Shown here piece after piece: positions 50,808-64,000 of a DNA stretch of 64,000 nt. The stretch covers positions 36,704,001-36,768,000 of the forward strand of contig OX597833.1 in the NCBI GenBank assembly GCA_951406725.2, in the 5' to 3' direction. A program made the translations under genes and the position numbers. Positions within the stretch are counted from its first letter, which is position 1. Each line of letters starts with the position of its first letter. The notes under the pieces are model-generated. The model was not told the origin of the DNA. It saw only the letters and a list, made by a program, of their open reading frames with translations, and ran no database searches. This stretch comes from Octopus vulgaris (taxonomy: Eukaryota).

Positions 50808-53800
50808 TTATATATACATATATATATATATTATATATACGTACGTATGCGTGTGTGTGTTTGTGTGTGTATGTATCTGTGTGTGCGCGTGTATGTGTGT
50901 GTATAAGCAGATATATTCATATCTAAAATAAATATAATCATAATGAATTAACTATATATTGGATACGTTGTTTTAAAAAGATAGACAAGCTTCTGTTTAT
51001 CTGGGAATATTAACTCGTTCAGAACTCTTACCTTCACAGTTTTTCATGTGATGGTTCAAGCTGAGCAAAATGTATGCAACGGTGGGCTCGAATGTCTATT
51101 ATCGCTCTTTATAGACGTTTGTCTTCGAATTCATGAATGGGACCAGTTTCAAGTGCTTTTCTTCCTTCTCTCTTCACTGTCGTCCCAGGCAATGATCCCC
51201 CCAAAGTACACACGTTATCCATTCTTTGGTCATCTTGATATACACTACAGTGATAAATTGTTTAGTCGATCTCTTCCCATTGTTTTACCCCTGGTCCCCT
51301 ACAGTAGGTATTGTAGTTGTTGACTGCTATTGGTTCTTTTATTTTAACCGTTACTGCAATTGTGATAGTCGTTGCTTCTCCGCCACTACCTGTGGCAACT
51401 GTAACAGTGGTTGGTTTTGTTGTTGGTCTCTGTGTTGTCGGAATAGTGACGTTGACAATCAGCCATCGTCACTACCATGACACGTTGTCAGACGATAATT
51501 ATGAAGTCAACACCTTGTAATTATTGTTATTGTTTCTCTATAAGATATGATTACATTTTGTTTAGAAACAAAGCAAATTCACACAACATACACACACACA
51601 TGCATTTGCTGAAGAAGCATTTTTCTGCTTGAACTCGGTTGGAGTTTTCAAAGCTCCTTGAATACTTCCGGATGCACCGGAAGGTAATTGTTCCCTATTG
51701 CACCCACTCGACCTTTTCTGGCAAGATGATAACATCAGGATATGATATATCTGTTTTGACCTCACTTTTTCTTTCTTTAGTTAATTTTGACTCTCCGTCC
51801 AGTTCCAAGTAACCCTTTTCAAAGAGCTTCTGGCGCTGCCGTTGTTGTCAATGTTACTGTTCTTGATGATGCTATTGTTGTTGGTATTACATTTGCTTTT
51901 TTTTTACCGTTGTCTGTAGTATTGTTATTACTTCCATTTCTCTGTTTAGTTTAGTTTCTTTTTCTCCTTCGTAGTTTTATTATTGTTATTGGTAGTGTTT
52001 CATTTGTAGTTATTCTAAAATGAATTGTTATTACAGTTACTCTCCCCAGATAGCGATGAATAGTTTCTTATTTCTGATCACCTCTTACTCCTACATCTGC
52101 TGCCTTTCATTAAAAAATGTGTTGGTAAACATCTAATACAATCAAAACACCTTTTTGTATTTAATAGAATTTTAGCAAAACTAAAATTCTAACAAGAATG
52201 TCAAACAATTTTTATTAGTTTTATTCAGGCAGACGGGACTGAGCCCATTTCCTGAGCAGGCTCTCAAAGACGCATCAGTTTGGTGCAGTTGTTATTTATC
52301 TTGAATATCTGTAAGCTAATAATTGCAAGAAACATGCAAGTGGAAGGGATTCCAGAGGGTTGATACGCTCTAGAATCCCCTTCCGTTCACTTGCTTCGTA
52401 GATGAAAAGTATTAGTGCAAACCTGATAAAGGAGTTACTTTATCATTTTGGTGGAGCTAATACATAACTAACTAGCTTGGAGAAGCGGCGGCCGCTGGAG
52501 TATCAGTAGAAAAGATGAAATGAGAAGAAAACGCACCTGTAGGCTAGCGGTTTGAACATGTTGGCAATTGAGTTTGAGTTCAAATCATACAGAGGTCAAC
52601 TTTGCTTTTTATTCTTGTCGATGTATTTTAACCAGTCACTCCCCAGTTGTTGGCTTTGTGTCAAAATCTGAAACAATTTTAATATCCACGGTGAAGGTAC
52701 GCTCTATCTTGCCTCTGTATAAATACCGATTTATATATTCAAAGTTTTCTCCCGAAAAAGGATATTTGGTTTAAACTTGTATTGAAGAACAAGCTAATTT
52801 TATTTTCGTGTATTTTTTGTTTTGGTTTCCTTCCAGCAGGAGGTGGGGGAAAGTTGTCTGAATTGCAAATTATTTTGTAAAATTGACCATCTTTACTTGA
52901 AAGAAAAATAACATGGACGTCTGTGAAGAAATAATAACAGTCAGTACACAGGAATGTAATGCCGAGTAAGTGAAAGTATGAGTAAATGAAAAGGCGAGGT
53001 AGAAAGTTGCATATATTAAACAACTTTCTTACTTGGAACACTTCTATGGTGACTATTATAACGTCAGACGACGAGTGGAGAAAAAAAGACGTCGTAGTCT
53101 CCTTCTGATTCTCAAGGAACAATCTATACCAACAATAACAATTATGATAACAACACTAACAATAACAACAACAACATAGCCAAAAGGTAAATTTTGTAGC
53201 TATTGCCAGAAATAATGATTAAATCGTCACTCATTCGCAAGAAAGAATACGTACAAAAAATAAAAATAAAAAAGGACACATAACTGCAATACTCACGCCC
53301 GATATTCAATTCAGAGAGGCACTAAGCTCTAAGAAAAGAAAATCACTCTTTATAAATACACAAACAGAAACAAAAGAAAACTACAGTATCCCGGACGGAC
53401 GAGCGCAAGTAGAAAGTACCTGCAAGAAGTATGGTATTCTGTAGGATACATAACAAGAGGAAAAGAACATGGGAAGTTATTGCTGTATTGAGATGAAACC
53501 AGATCGATAACAACTATCATTTATTTGTCCCAAGAAGTAATCATGTTCCCATTATTGGAAGACGGGCGACGAAAATATGAGTCACCAACGAGATACCCAA
53601 GAGATACGAACCTAGAGTGGTGGCAATGGTAGAAGAGCATGGAAAGGTAGAAGAGCAAGAAGTCTGGTCTCTAACAGAAGAAAATGGGTATGACCCAAAG
53701 GTTCCTTGTGTTGGTGGCATTAGAAGACTTGGCTGGCAACCTGGACTAATTCCAGTTCAAAGAATGCAGGCAAATAGGAATAGTAGAGGGAGAGAAAAAG

Positions 53801-54599
53801 CTATCACAACCATCACCACCAAAAAAACAACCAGAGCAAGAACAACAACGATATTAATATCAACACCAACATCAAACACTACATACGAAACAAAGCCAGC
53901 GTCTATTCCATACTTTTTAGGTACTCAGACTTAGGGGACACAAAAGATACAAAAACGAACGATTGCCATATCGTAGAAAGGCCACCAAAAAGCAGTCGAA
54001 CACATGAAGCTGCTGATTTGACCCCGCTCCCATCCCCACTCCCTCCAGACCAAAGATATTGGCAGCGGCAAGTCAAACAACCGCCCCAAAGACGCGACCA
54101 AACAGTCCAATCGGCCGACAAACCGACAAAAACCACCGAAAAGAGCGGTGCAGCAGCAACAACAGCATCAGTAAAAGAAACTACAACCACAACTAGAAAG
54201 GAACCAACAACATCAACACCAAAAATAGACACAGCATCAATCGCAGCAAACAACAAAAAAAAACACCAAAAACAGCAGCAGCAAGAACGGGAAAATCTAC
54301 ACACACAGAAACTCACTGGTGAACCTCTCAATTACACAGTGCTCTGAAAGGAGAACAAGAATTTGATGATGTACACTGCAACACAACTGAAGGCCTCGAC
54401 GATGCACATATACCTAAAAACTACTCAAAGGAGACTTCTACTATGAATCACATCACACCCTAAAGAAATTTATCTCAAAAGCGTGGGAATTTTTAAAAAA
54501 TATATCAGACAAAGAATTTTGGAAGGCTCTTACAGAAATTCTTTGAAACAAGACCAGGACAAATGACCGTCTCCTTCACATTTTGATGTTTTCTTTGCC

Positions 54600-55150
54600 T
54601 CTTTACTTACATGGCAACAAATGTAGGTAGTGGAAATGTGCGCGGTTTAAGCTCGGGATAGACGCAAGAACACCTACTCAACGACATCAGATCATTGTTT
54701 CTGGTAACAAAACCAGGATTTCCGAAATCATTCGACATTCTCCTGGAAAACTATAACACCAACACTTCCTCCGATCGATCTGGCCTATCGGTGTTGTTTC
54801 CTAGACCCGGATTGTAAGTCGGGGGTTCCGGACGTGAGCAGTAGTTAGACGACGGTGGAACCATTAGACTAATGACGGTTTCTTGACTACAGATGAGGTG
54901 CTTTGATATTTACGTCGACGTTTACCGAGTCTGTCGAACAGGAAAGTAGTGAGCTTATCTTGTCTTGGCAGAAGTCTAAGGCAGCTGATAACAGACAAGG
55001 AGCATTAACAATCGATTTAGTCGAGGTGTAGTGACACTGTTTGGGAGGTATGCAAGCAAAGGGGGCGTGATTGAAATTTTCAGGGAGAACGAATCAATGG
55101 GTTTTGATGTACACTAGATGTTTGTGGCTACGGGTAAGGTAAGATCAGAT
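54600..55150 (-). mobile_element. Possible Gypsy integrase remnant
   Basis: Minus translation LV*WFHRRLTTA resembles the integrase motif GLVERFHRQLKAA. Otherwise very decayed. Confidence 0.35.
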
Positions 55151-55259
55151 TGAAGGGGTTGGTAGAAAGAGGGGCTATTCAATTGACCGAATGCTGCATC
55201 TCTGAAGAGGGCATTTCATCCTACAACCACTGCGCAATCCATGCTGACCCGTTCGCTAT

Positions 55260-56070
55260 CACAGTACCCTCTCAGCGTTAGAGTTAGAAACGTGAGAATA
55301 TCCGTCAATTTCCCTTATTACAACGCTTCAAAAATGGTAGCCCATGGGATTTAAATCTGGTGTGTTTAGGGACCCACAAGTTTGGAGTCACATGATCATA
55401 AAGATTTCAAACATCCATTCTTGAGTTACCAGAGCTTCGCGAGAAGGTACTGATTCCTATTGAAACCTGTATGACCTTCCACTGCGTATTTCATTCATCC
55501 AAAGCTTAACAACTGTCTCCTACAACTCAACAGTATCCTGCAGCATTAATCCTAAGATCCCCTGAAAAACGCTGGTAAGACATTACCTTCGTTATTCACC
55601 ACTCCTAAATCCATCACAGCTGCTGGAAACTTAGCGTGCACCAGTCTGGGGACATCAAAATGTTATACACATAACTATCCGTCATTTCTCGTAACATAGA
55701 TCAAACGATTTACCTTTGTCTTTGCAAACATAAATTGGCTTCTCCTCAGTACATATGACATGAATCGAATATCCTCGGGCATCACAGTTCTGATAATTCA
55801 CTCCGACACCTGAAGCTCTTGGACGATGGCTCTCGTTGATTCTCCTGGATCACTGTCAATATTTTAAATATGTTGTATGAATTGTAGTGCCCGAACGATT
55901 AGAATGTTTTTTTTCTTTGATACATTTGAAACATTTCCGCCAGAGGCGGCGTCCAATTCCACCGGTTCCATCCGATTTTTCGTGTACAAAAAATCTCGCA
56001 ACATTTAGAGTATTGGAAACCTCTTAATCATTGTTTCACCCGTACGGTAACAATGACTCCATGACTTTTA
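55260..56070 (-). mobile_element. Tc1/maT (DD37D-like) transposase remnant
   Basis: Pieces NEGNVLP, RINAAGY, LVTQEWM, YDHVTPNLW and PDLNPMGY; same family as 216-322. Confidence 0.75.
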
Positions 56071-56529
56071 ATTCTATGACTTTATCTGCCATGAGGAATG
56101 TGAAAGGTCTAAAATCCTTTTCATTGGTTTCAAGAGAGTAATATACTAATAATCGTGTTCAAATAGTCCTCTCAGCGTGTGTGTGTGTGTGTTTAATATG
56201 CACATATATATACGCGCTTATATATGTGTGTGTCTGCGTGAGTGTCTGTGTGTGAATATTAATACTAAATACTCTATATATGCTCATCAGTGTCTTATTA
56301 CTTCTAAAACTGCATTAGAATAAGTTCTTCTTTATCTCATCCACTTTGTACCATACTCATATACACACACCTACACACACTATTCTAATTGTCAATTCTA
56401 TTCTAATGGCTTTAAATTCCAAAGAAAAAGATTTGGGTCTCTAAAACAATGAAATATACAACTTTATATACGACTTATATGCTTAAACACGCTCATACAC
56501 ACATATACACGCACATTTGTACATACACA

Positions 56530-56699
56530 AATTTGTTTCCCAATAACATGGTTTCAGGATCAGTCCCACCGAGTGAAAACTTTCGCCAATACCTGCTACA
56601 ATAGCATTGTGAATGAAATTGGTAGACGGAAACTGAAAGAAACCTTCATATATGTGCATGTGTGCGTGTGTATGCGCGCGCGCGTGTGTGTGTGTGTGT

Positions 56700-56738
<39 letters not shown>

Positions 56739-57020
56739 TGCGCGTGTTTTTTCCATCACCGCTTAACAACCGTTGTTGGCGTGTTTATGTCCCTGTAACT
56801 GGCTTTACGTTCTCAGTTCAAATTCCGCCGAGGTCGACTTTGCGGGGACAATTAAATAAGTACCAGTTGAACACTGGGATTGATGTAATCGACTTACCCC
56901 TCTTCGAAATTGCTGGCCTTGTGCTAAAACCAATAGAACAAGTGCCAGACTTTAAAAAAATTACTACTAGGGTCAAATCGTTCGACTCACATTCTTCAAG
57001 CTGCTATCAGCATGGCCTCA

Positions 57021-57022
<2 letters not shown>
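56530..57022 (+). mobile_element. Decayed SINE B with an internal SINE A segment (about 56801-56930)
   Basis: B head and (GT)n, then ttacgttctcagttcaaattccgccgaggtcgacttt, then the B 3' part caatagaacaagt...cagcatggcctcagtc. Confidence 0.75.
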
Positions 57023-57069
<47 letters not shown>

Positions 57070-57076
57070 TAGATAT

Positions 57077-57152
<76 letters not shown>

Positions 57153-57633
57153 AGAGAGAGGCAGAGAGAGACATACATACATACATACATACATACATAC
57201 ATACATGCAGAGTTAATATGTTTTAATAAGTTTGACTCACCTTCACTTAGTTTTGTGGGTGTAGGTCATATCCACCTCGTCAAATCTATTAAACATTCCT
57301 TTGCAATATATATATTCCTTATTCGAATTAAACATGTGCATACGCGTACGAACATTTATACATGTGTGTGCATGTGTGTGTGTGTGTGTGTGTGTATAAT
57401 TGTGTGCATACATTTGAGCGCGAACGCACCTGTTTAAGTGTATTTGTCATTCCTGAGTGGTGGAATTTCTCTGTTGAAAAGACTTCTGATATACAATTTA
57501 TTACCAGGAAATGCGAATAAACATATTTCAAACAGCCAGTCCTGAGTGTGACTAATTATGTGTGCTTACATATAGTCGGTGGGGGACATATATGTATATA
57601 GATAGATAGATAGATAAATATATAGATAGATAA

Positions 57634-57696
<63 letters not shown>

Positions 57697-57724
57697 TGAG
57701 TATGCATACATATATATATATATA

Positions 57725-58143
57725 TACTTTTATTCTTTTACTTGTTTCTGTCATTTGACTGTTGCCTTGCTGGAGCACCACCTTAAAGGGATTTTAGTCA
57801 AAGAAATAAACCCGGCATTTATTCTTCGTGAGCCTTCATCGGTCTCTTTACCCGAACCGCTAGCTTACGGGAACGTAAACACACCAGCATCGGTTGTCAA
57901 GCGACGGTGGGGGACACAAACAGACACAAAGACACACACACATAAATATATACATGCGTATATATATATATAAATATATATTTGTGTGTGTGTACATATA
58001 TATATTTATTTATTTATACGATGGGATCCTTTCAGTTTCCGTCTGCCAAATCCACTCATAAGGCTTTGGTTGGATTGAAGCTTTAGTAGTAGACAGTTGC
58101 TCAAGGTGTCACACAGGTCTTACCACACAATCATGCCTGCGCC
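57725..58143 (-). mobile_element. SINE family B
   Basis: Reverse complement of the family B sequence, with a deletion in the head. Confidence 0.85.
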
Positions 58144-58351
58144 TAATCATACATACATACATACATACATACATTCATACATACATACATACATTGATAC
58201 ATACAAACATACATATGCACATGCATTTATGTAATTATAAATATATCTTGTCAATGTCATCAATATTTATTAATAGAGAATGTGGAATAATTCTTTTTCT
58301 TGAATTGGTATTATAAATAATAGCTTCTAAATATTGGATGCACGTGTAGAT

Positions 58352-58503
<152 letters not shown>

Positions 58504-58588
58504 TGATAGATAGATAGAATATATCTGTATGTATATTATATGTTATATATATGCATCTGTATATATGTATTTACATATATATATATGT

Positions 58589-59053
58589 ATTCTTTTATTC
58601 TTTCACTTGTTTCAGTCATTTGACTGCGGCCATGCTGGAGCACCGCCTTTGGTCGAACAAATCGCCCCCAGGACTTATTCTTTGTAAGCCTAGTACATCT
58701 TCTATCGGTGTCCGTTGCAGCTCCGCTAAGTTATGGTGACGTAAACACACCGACATTGATTGTCAAGCGATGCGGGGGTCAAAAGTAGACACACACACAC
58801 GCACACACACAAATATACACACACACTCACGTATATATATATATAATTACAAAATACACTGATGCTTATATATTTATATATTTTATATGATGTTTATATA
58901 TTTATATATTACTATATTTTTAAACGTCCAACTTTATATCTGTTCTGTAGATATAAATGAATATATGAATATATGTATGTGTTTGATCTTTCTGTGGATT
59001 TTGTAATGTTCCTTTAGTTGCTGCTCACATTGCCTCCCCTCGGATTAATAAGT

Positions 59054-59102
<49 letters not shown>

Positions 59103-59139
59103 GTATAGATGTAAGTATGCACATATACGTATGTATTTA

Positions 59140-59176
<37 letters not shown>

Positions 59177-59181
59177 TTTCT

Positions 59182-59229
<48 letters not shown>

Positions 59230-59412
59230 ATACACACACACATACACACACGACAGCCTTCTTTCAGTTCCCATCTACCAAATCTACTCACAAGGCTTTG
59301 GTCGGGCCAAGCCTATAGTAAAAGACACATACCCAACGTCCCATGCAGTGGGGCTGAACCCAGTCCCATGTGATTGGGAAGCAAGCTTCTTACCACACAG
59401 CAACGCAGCGCC
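58589..59412 (-). mobile_element. SINE family B with a greatly expanded interior
   Basis: 3' half at 58589-58790 and 5' half at 59250-59412, separated by about 460 bp of microsatellite and AT-rich sequence. Confidence 0.8.
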
Positions 59413-59513
59413 TATGTATGCCTATATCATATATACATTATATATATATATATATATATATAAATGCATATATTATATATATTCTAAAGAACTATATTTT
59501 AATCACATATACA

Positions 59514-59567
<54 letters not shown>

Positions 59568-59725
59568 GGAAAATGTATGTATGTGTATAAATGTGTATAT
59601 CTGTGTCTGTGTATGTGTGTGTAGATAAAAAGGAAAATATTACAAATACTGCAGATATAAATCATATCACATACACACACACAATCACACATTCATGCGC
59701 GCACGGGCGTTTGTATTTATAAACC

Positions 59726-59958
59726 TATTTCTTTACTACCCACAAAGGGCTAAACATAGAGGGGACACACAAGGAGAGACAAACGGATAAAGTCGATTAC
59801 ATCGACCCCAGTGCGTAACTGGTACTTAATTTATCGACCTCGAAAGGATGAAAGGCAAAATCGAACTCGGCGGAATTTGAACTCAGAACGTAACGGCAGA
59901 CGAAATACGGCTACACATTTCGCCCAGCATCCTAACGTTTCTGCCAGTTCGCCGCCTA
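59726..59958 (-). mobile_element. SINE family A, full length (tail type 1) with 14-bp TSD
   Basis: TSD tgtatttataaacc at 59712-59725 and 59959-59972. Confidence 0.93.
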
Positions 59959-60744
59959 TGTATTTATAAACCGCTGTACGTGTGCACTTCCGAATGCACG
60001 CGTGTGTGAAAAAAGGAAATTTCCCTTATATTATGAAAGACTATCATGATTAACGTAGTGTCATTTTTCTTTTCCTTTTTATGCTTGTATTAAGCTAATA
60101 TGACTATAACAAGGTGGTGCACATCCATCTTCTGCACAGAATACAGTATGCAATGCTATGGCCACTGATGACGTAACACGCAACAAATCCGAATGTATTA
60201 CACAGGTTTTGCGTATGAACGTTACAATATGAATGATGTAATTATGTACGGGTATGTGCATATAGATACTTGTGTGCATATGTATTCATTTCTGTGTGTA
60301 TAGTCGTTTATTTGCGTAATACAATACGACGTGGCAAAATTTGGCAGTCTTAGCTGTACTCTTTAGCAGAAATGGACATGTTAAAAACTGTAAGATTTAA
60401 TTTCAAGATTTTATGACAACTATATCTTTTAAATACTAATTGATGTTTTTATGATAACAATACTGAGTGTAACGGAGATGATGATGGTGAATGTTATGAT
60501 ACTTATGATGCTGTTTTGTAGCAACTAAGGCGAATCGCAGCCACCGTGATTACAATATTACATAACCTTCGACTGTAGATTACACAATCCGTTACTTTTG
60601 CCATGTGTCATTACTTATGTGTGTGTGTATGTTAGTATTATACATAGATATAAATATATGAGTTTGTGTGTATGTGTGTGTATCTCTGTGTGAGTGCATG
60701 CGCGTGCATTTGTGTTTGTGTGTGTGTGTGTGTGCATTTTTTAA

Positions 60745-61045
60745 CTTATTCCAGTCATTGTAAAGCAGATATGACGAGGCACGGCCTTGAAGTGTTTAGT
60801 TCATGTAATCGACCCAAGTGCTTATTCTATCCTCTCTATTTATTGAACCGCCAAGATAGAAGGGCATAAACAAGCCAAGTGTGGAGCGGTTAGAGACAAA
60901 CACTAACACGTACACACATTCATGCAATGGGCTCGACGCAGCGGCCATCAACCAAATTTATTCAAAAGACATAGGGTTGGGGAGTACAAAGCAACTAGCA
61001 CTGAACCCGAAATCATGTAGTGGAACGGTGACTTCATAACCACAC
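60745..61045 (-). mobile_element. SINE family B, highly decayed
   Basis: ttattccagtcatt...gccttgaag...atcgaccc...gaaccgccaag...actgaacccgaaatcatgt. Confidence 0.6.
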
Positions 61046-61167
61046 AATACCTTTATACTTTTATATATGTGCGTATGTACGTATGCATGCATATGCATCC
61101 ATGCATGCATCATGTATGTATGTATATATACATACATATATATATATCCCATCTTGTCTTTCATTTG

Positions 61168-61213
<46 letters not shown>

Positions 61214-61295
61214 TCGTGAGAGTGTTTATTTATATATACATATATATATATATGCATGTGTGTGTGTGTATTATTAAGCTGTACATGCACTTTTT

Positions 61296-61328
<33 letters not shown>

Positions 61329-61636
61329 CGCTTATATAGATGTGTAAATATAAACTTATATATGTGTTAATATATACACGTCTATATACATTATACATAT
61401 ATTTATGTATGTATATACACACACATATATACAGGCATGTATATATATCTACACATATATACATATATATGTGCTTATATATGTATAAGTGTATATGCAT
61501 GTATACATATACATATACATTTTATTTCATTTGATACATTTATCCTCTCACCTATGCTACTAGCTGGCATATACAGGTGCCTACATTTATCAAGTATTCA
61601 CACTGGATTTATTGTACCTACCTTATATACATATAC

Positions 61637-61690
<54 letters not shown>

Positions 61691-61693
61691 ATG

Positions 61694-61730
<37 letters not shown>

Positions 61731-62284
61731 AAGTATATATATGAGTGTGTGTATGTATGCATGTATGTATGCATGTATGCATGTATGTATGTATGCATGT
61801 ATGCATGTATGTATGCATGCAGGTATGCATGCATGTATGTATGTGTGTATATATTTATACATATGTCTGTGGATGTTTGTGTGTGTAAATTACATTTTAT
61901 TTTTCTACAAGTCGAGTTGTATTTTGCGATAATATTTGCACATCATACAATATATTTGATCACGTCTAACGTTTGAAATTCACAAGAAGAAATTACATAT
62001 GTTATCATGTACATGTATATGTTATCAATGTAATTATGTTATCATTGGGCTTTTCATAAATGACAGTAAACTATATTATCTCCATGAAACAAATACTGAT
62101 TAACAAGGCATTTAAGTTTACTAAATTATTAAACTCTGTCGAATTTCCCTTTCAAATGCGCCCTTCAACCGTCACATCTCTAATAATGAAAGAACTGATT
62201 ATTTGTTTTGTCTCATCACACGCTCAGCGGGAAAGTCGTACTTCCGATGTCGATAACGAGTACCAGTCATATAATGCGTCGATG

Positions 62285-62481
62285 ATAATAACGAAATACT
62301 CTCCGTCAGCGGTGTTTCGCCAGTCGCTACATTCTGAGTTCAAATTCCGCAGCAGCCGACTTTGCCTTTCATCCTTTCGAGGTCGATAAATTAAACACCA
62401 GTGAAACACTGTCGTCGATATAATCGACTAGTCCCCTGCTCCAAAATTTGAGGCCTTGTGCCTATAATAGATAAGATTATA

Positions 62482-62522
<41 letters not shown>

Positions 62523-62740
62523 AGTGGTGAGCTGGCAGAATCATTAGCACAGTGCAAATATTATTTAACAGCAGTTCATCTGTCTATGTTCAATTTTCCC
62601 CCAAGGTCGGCTTTGCCTTCCATCCATTCGGGATTGATGAAATAAGTATCAATTTGACTACTGGGTTTGGTAAAATCAAATAAGCCTAAAATTTCGAACC
62701 TTATACCTATAACAGAAAGTATGATTATTATTATTACTTT
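62285..62740 (+). mobile_element. Two tandem SINE family A copies (tail type 2) separated by (ATT)n
   Basis: 62285-62480 ends ttgaggccttgtgcctataatagataag(att)n; the second copy begins aaagtggtgagctggcagaatc at 62521. Confidence 0.82.
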
Positions 62741-62849
62741 TATTGAAACGACGACAATGACAACTGCTACGACTATTATTAGAAATAATAATCAAAAGCA
62801 CCACAACAACAATGCAGATACTACTAATTGTAAGCACTTGGCTGAATTA

Positions 62850-62872
62850 TATATATGTATATGTGTGTGTGA

Positions 62873-62928
<56 letters not shown>

Positions 62929-63004
62929 TATATATATATATGTGTGTGTGTGTGTATATATATATTTGTATGTATATATATATATATATACATATATATT
63001 CATA

Positions 63005-63046
<42 letters not shown>

Positions 63047-63237
63047 TTATATTTCACATACTATATCCATTACTACATAGATAGATAGGTAGATAGGTAG
63101 ATAGATAGATAGATAGATAGATAGATTGAATTACATGTATGTATAAAATTATATAAATGTATTTATATATGTAAATATATGTCAGTGTACGTATATATAT
63201 GTGTGTATATATATATATATATATGTATATGTATATC

Positions 63238-63307
<70 letters not shown>

Positions 63308-63432
63308 ACTTGCTTAAGTCATTACACCGGTTTTATCCATAACTTTTGCAGAACACTGGGAGACAACAGAGGAGCAAGCACAGACATTTATATACAAACA
63401 GGCGCACGCGTATACATACACACACACGCACG

Positions 63433-63477
<45 letters not shown>

Positions 63478-63617
63478 GTATATATATATATATATATATA
63501 TATAAATGTATATGCATAAAAACATACACACACACACACACATATATATATATAACTATATATATATACATATATATATATGTATATATATTTACATACA
63601 TATATATATGTACATAC

Positions 63618-63667
<50 letters not shown>

Positions 63668-63690
63668 TATAGATAGATAGATAGATAGAT

Positions 63691-63729
<39 letters not shown>

Positions 63730-63861
63730 CGTACATGCACATATATTTACACATATAAATACTATGTATATTCAATATATATCATATATACAATTTCATG
63801 TATTTATGTCTACACATATACGTATATATATTGCTAAATACTAAATAGGTAGTATATATAT

Positions 63862-63901
<40 letters not shown>

Positions 63902-63952
63902 GTGTCTGTGTGTCTGTGTGTGTGTGTATTTGTGTGTCTATGTGTGTGTATG

Positions 63953-64000
<48 letters not shown>
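62850..64000. repeat. Compound (TA)n/(TG)n/(TAGA)n/(TATG)n microsatellite field
   Basis: Directly visible. Similar fields occur across the window, e.g. 17920-18120, 30894-31140, 44836-45185 and 61130-61890. Confidence 0.95.

Noticed and set aside
52238-52280. CTGATGC...GAAA motif on the minus strand
   Set aside because: Core mismatch and no consistent stem I or cleavage triplet.

Overview
AT-rich, microsatellite-saturated eukaryotic DNA that looks intronic or intergenic. The tRNA-headed SINE families resemble those I recall from octopus genomes, so a coleoid cephalopod is the likely source (from memory, not a database search). I found no host exon I can support: nearly all listed ORFs are translations of (TA)n, (CA)n, (TATG)n or (TAGA)n tracts. 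The recognisable content is decayed transposons: four tRNA-headed SINE families (labelled A-D here); LINE fragments (RTE, CR1/L2-like, a possible RTE-X/Proto2-like piece and a restriction-like-endonuclease R4/Dong-type piece); Penelope-like elements (RT, GIY-YIG, inverted pseudo-LTRs); several Tc1/mariner remnants including one full-length TIR-bounded mariner; a hAT MITE with an 8-bp TSD; a TA-flanked MITE; a Helitron-like 3' end; and a possible Gypsy integrase fragment. The main findings are (1) minimal type I hammerhead-ribozyme motifs in Penelope-type termini, one with an intact core at 8807-8854 and one family with a CUGUNGA core variant; (2) a 3' tail shared by SINE-B and a CR1-like LINE whose hairpin differs in sequence but stays paired; (3) SINE-A TSDs that begin with GGT, one reiterated several times; (4) modular and chimeric SINEs; (5) several long inverted repeats. 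Coordinates were read by eye, and the ends of decayed elements are approximate.
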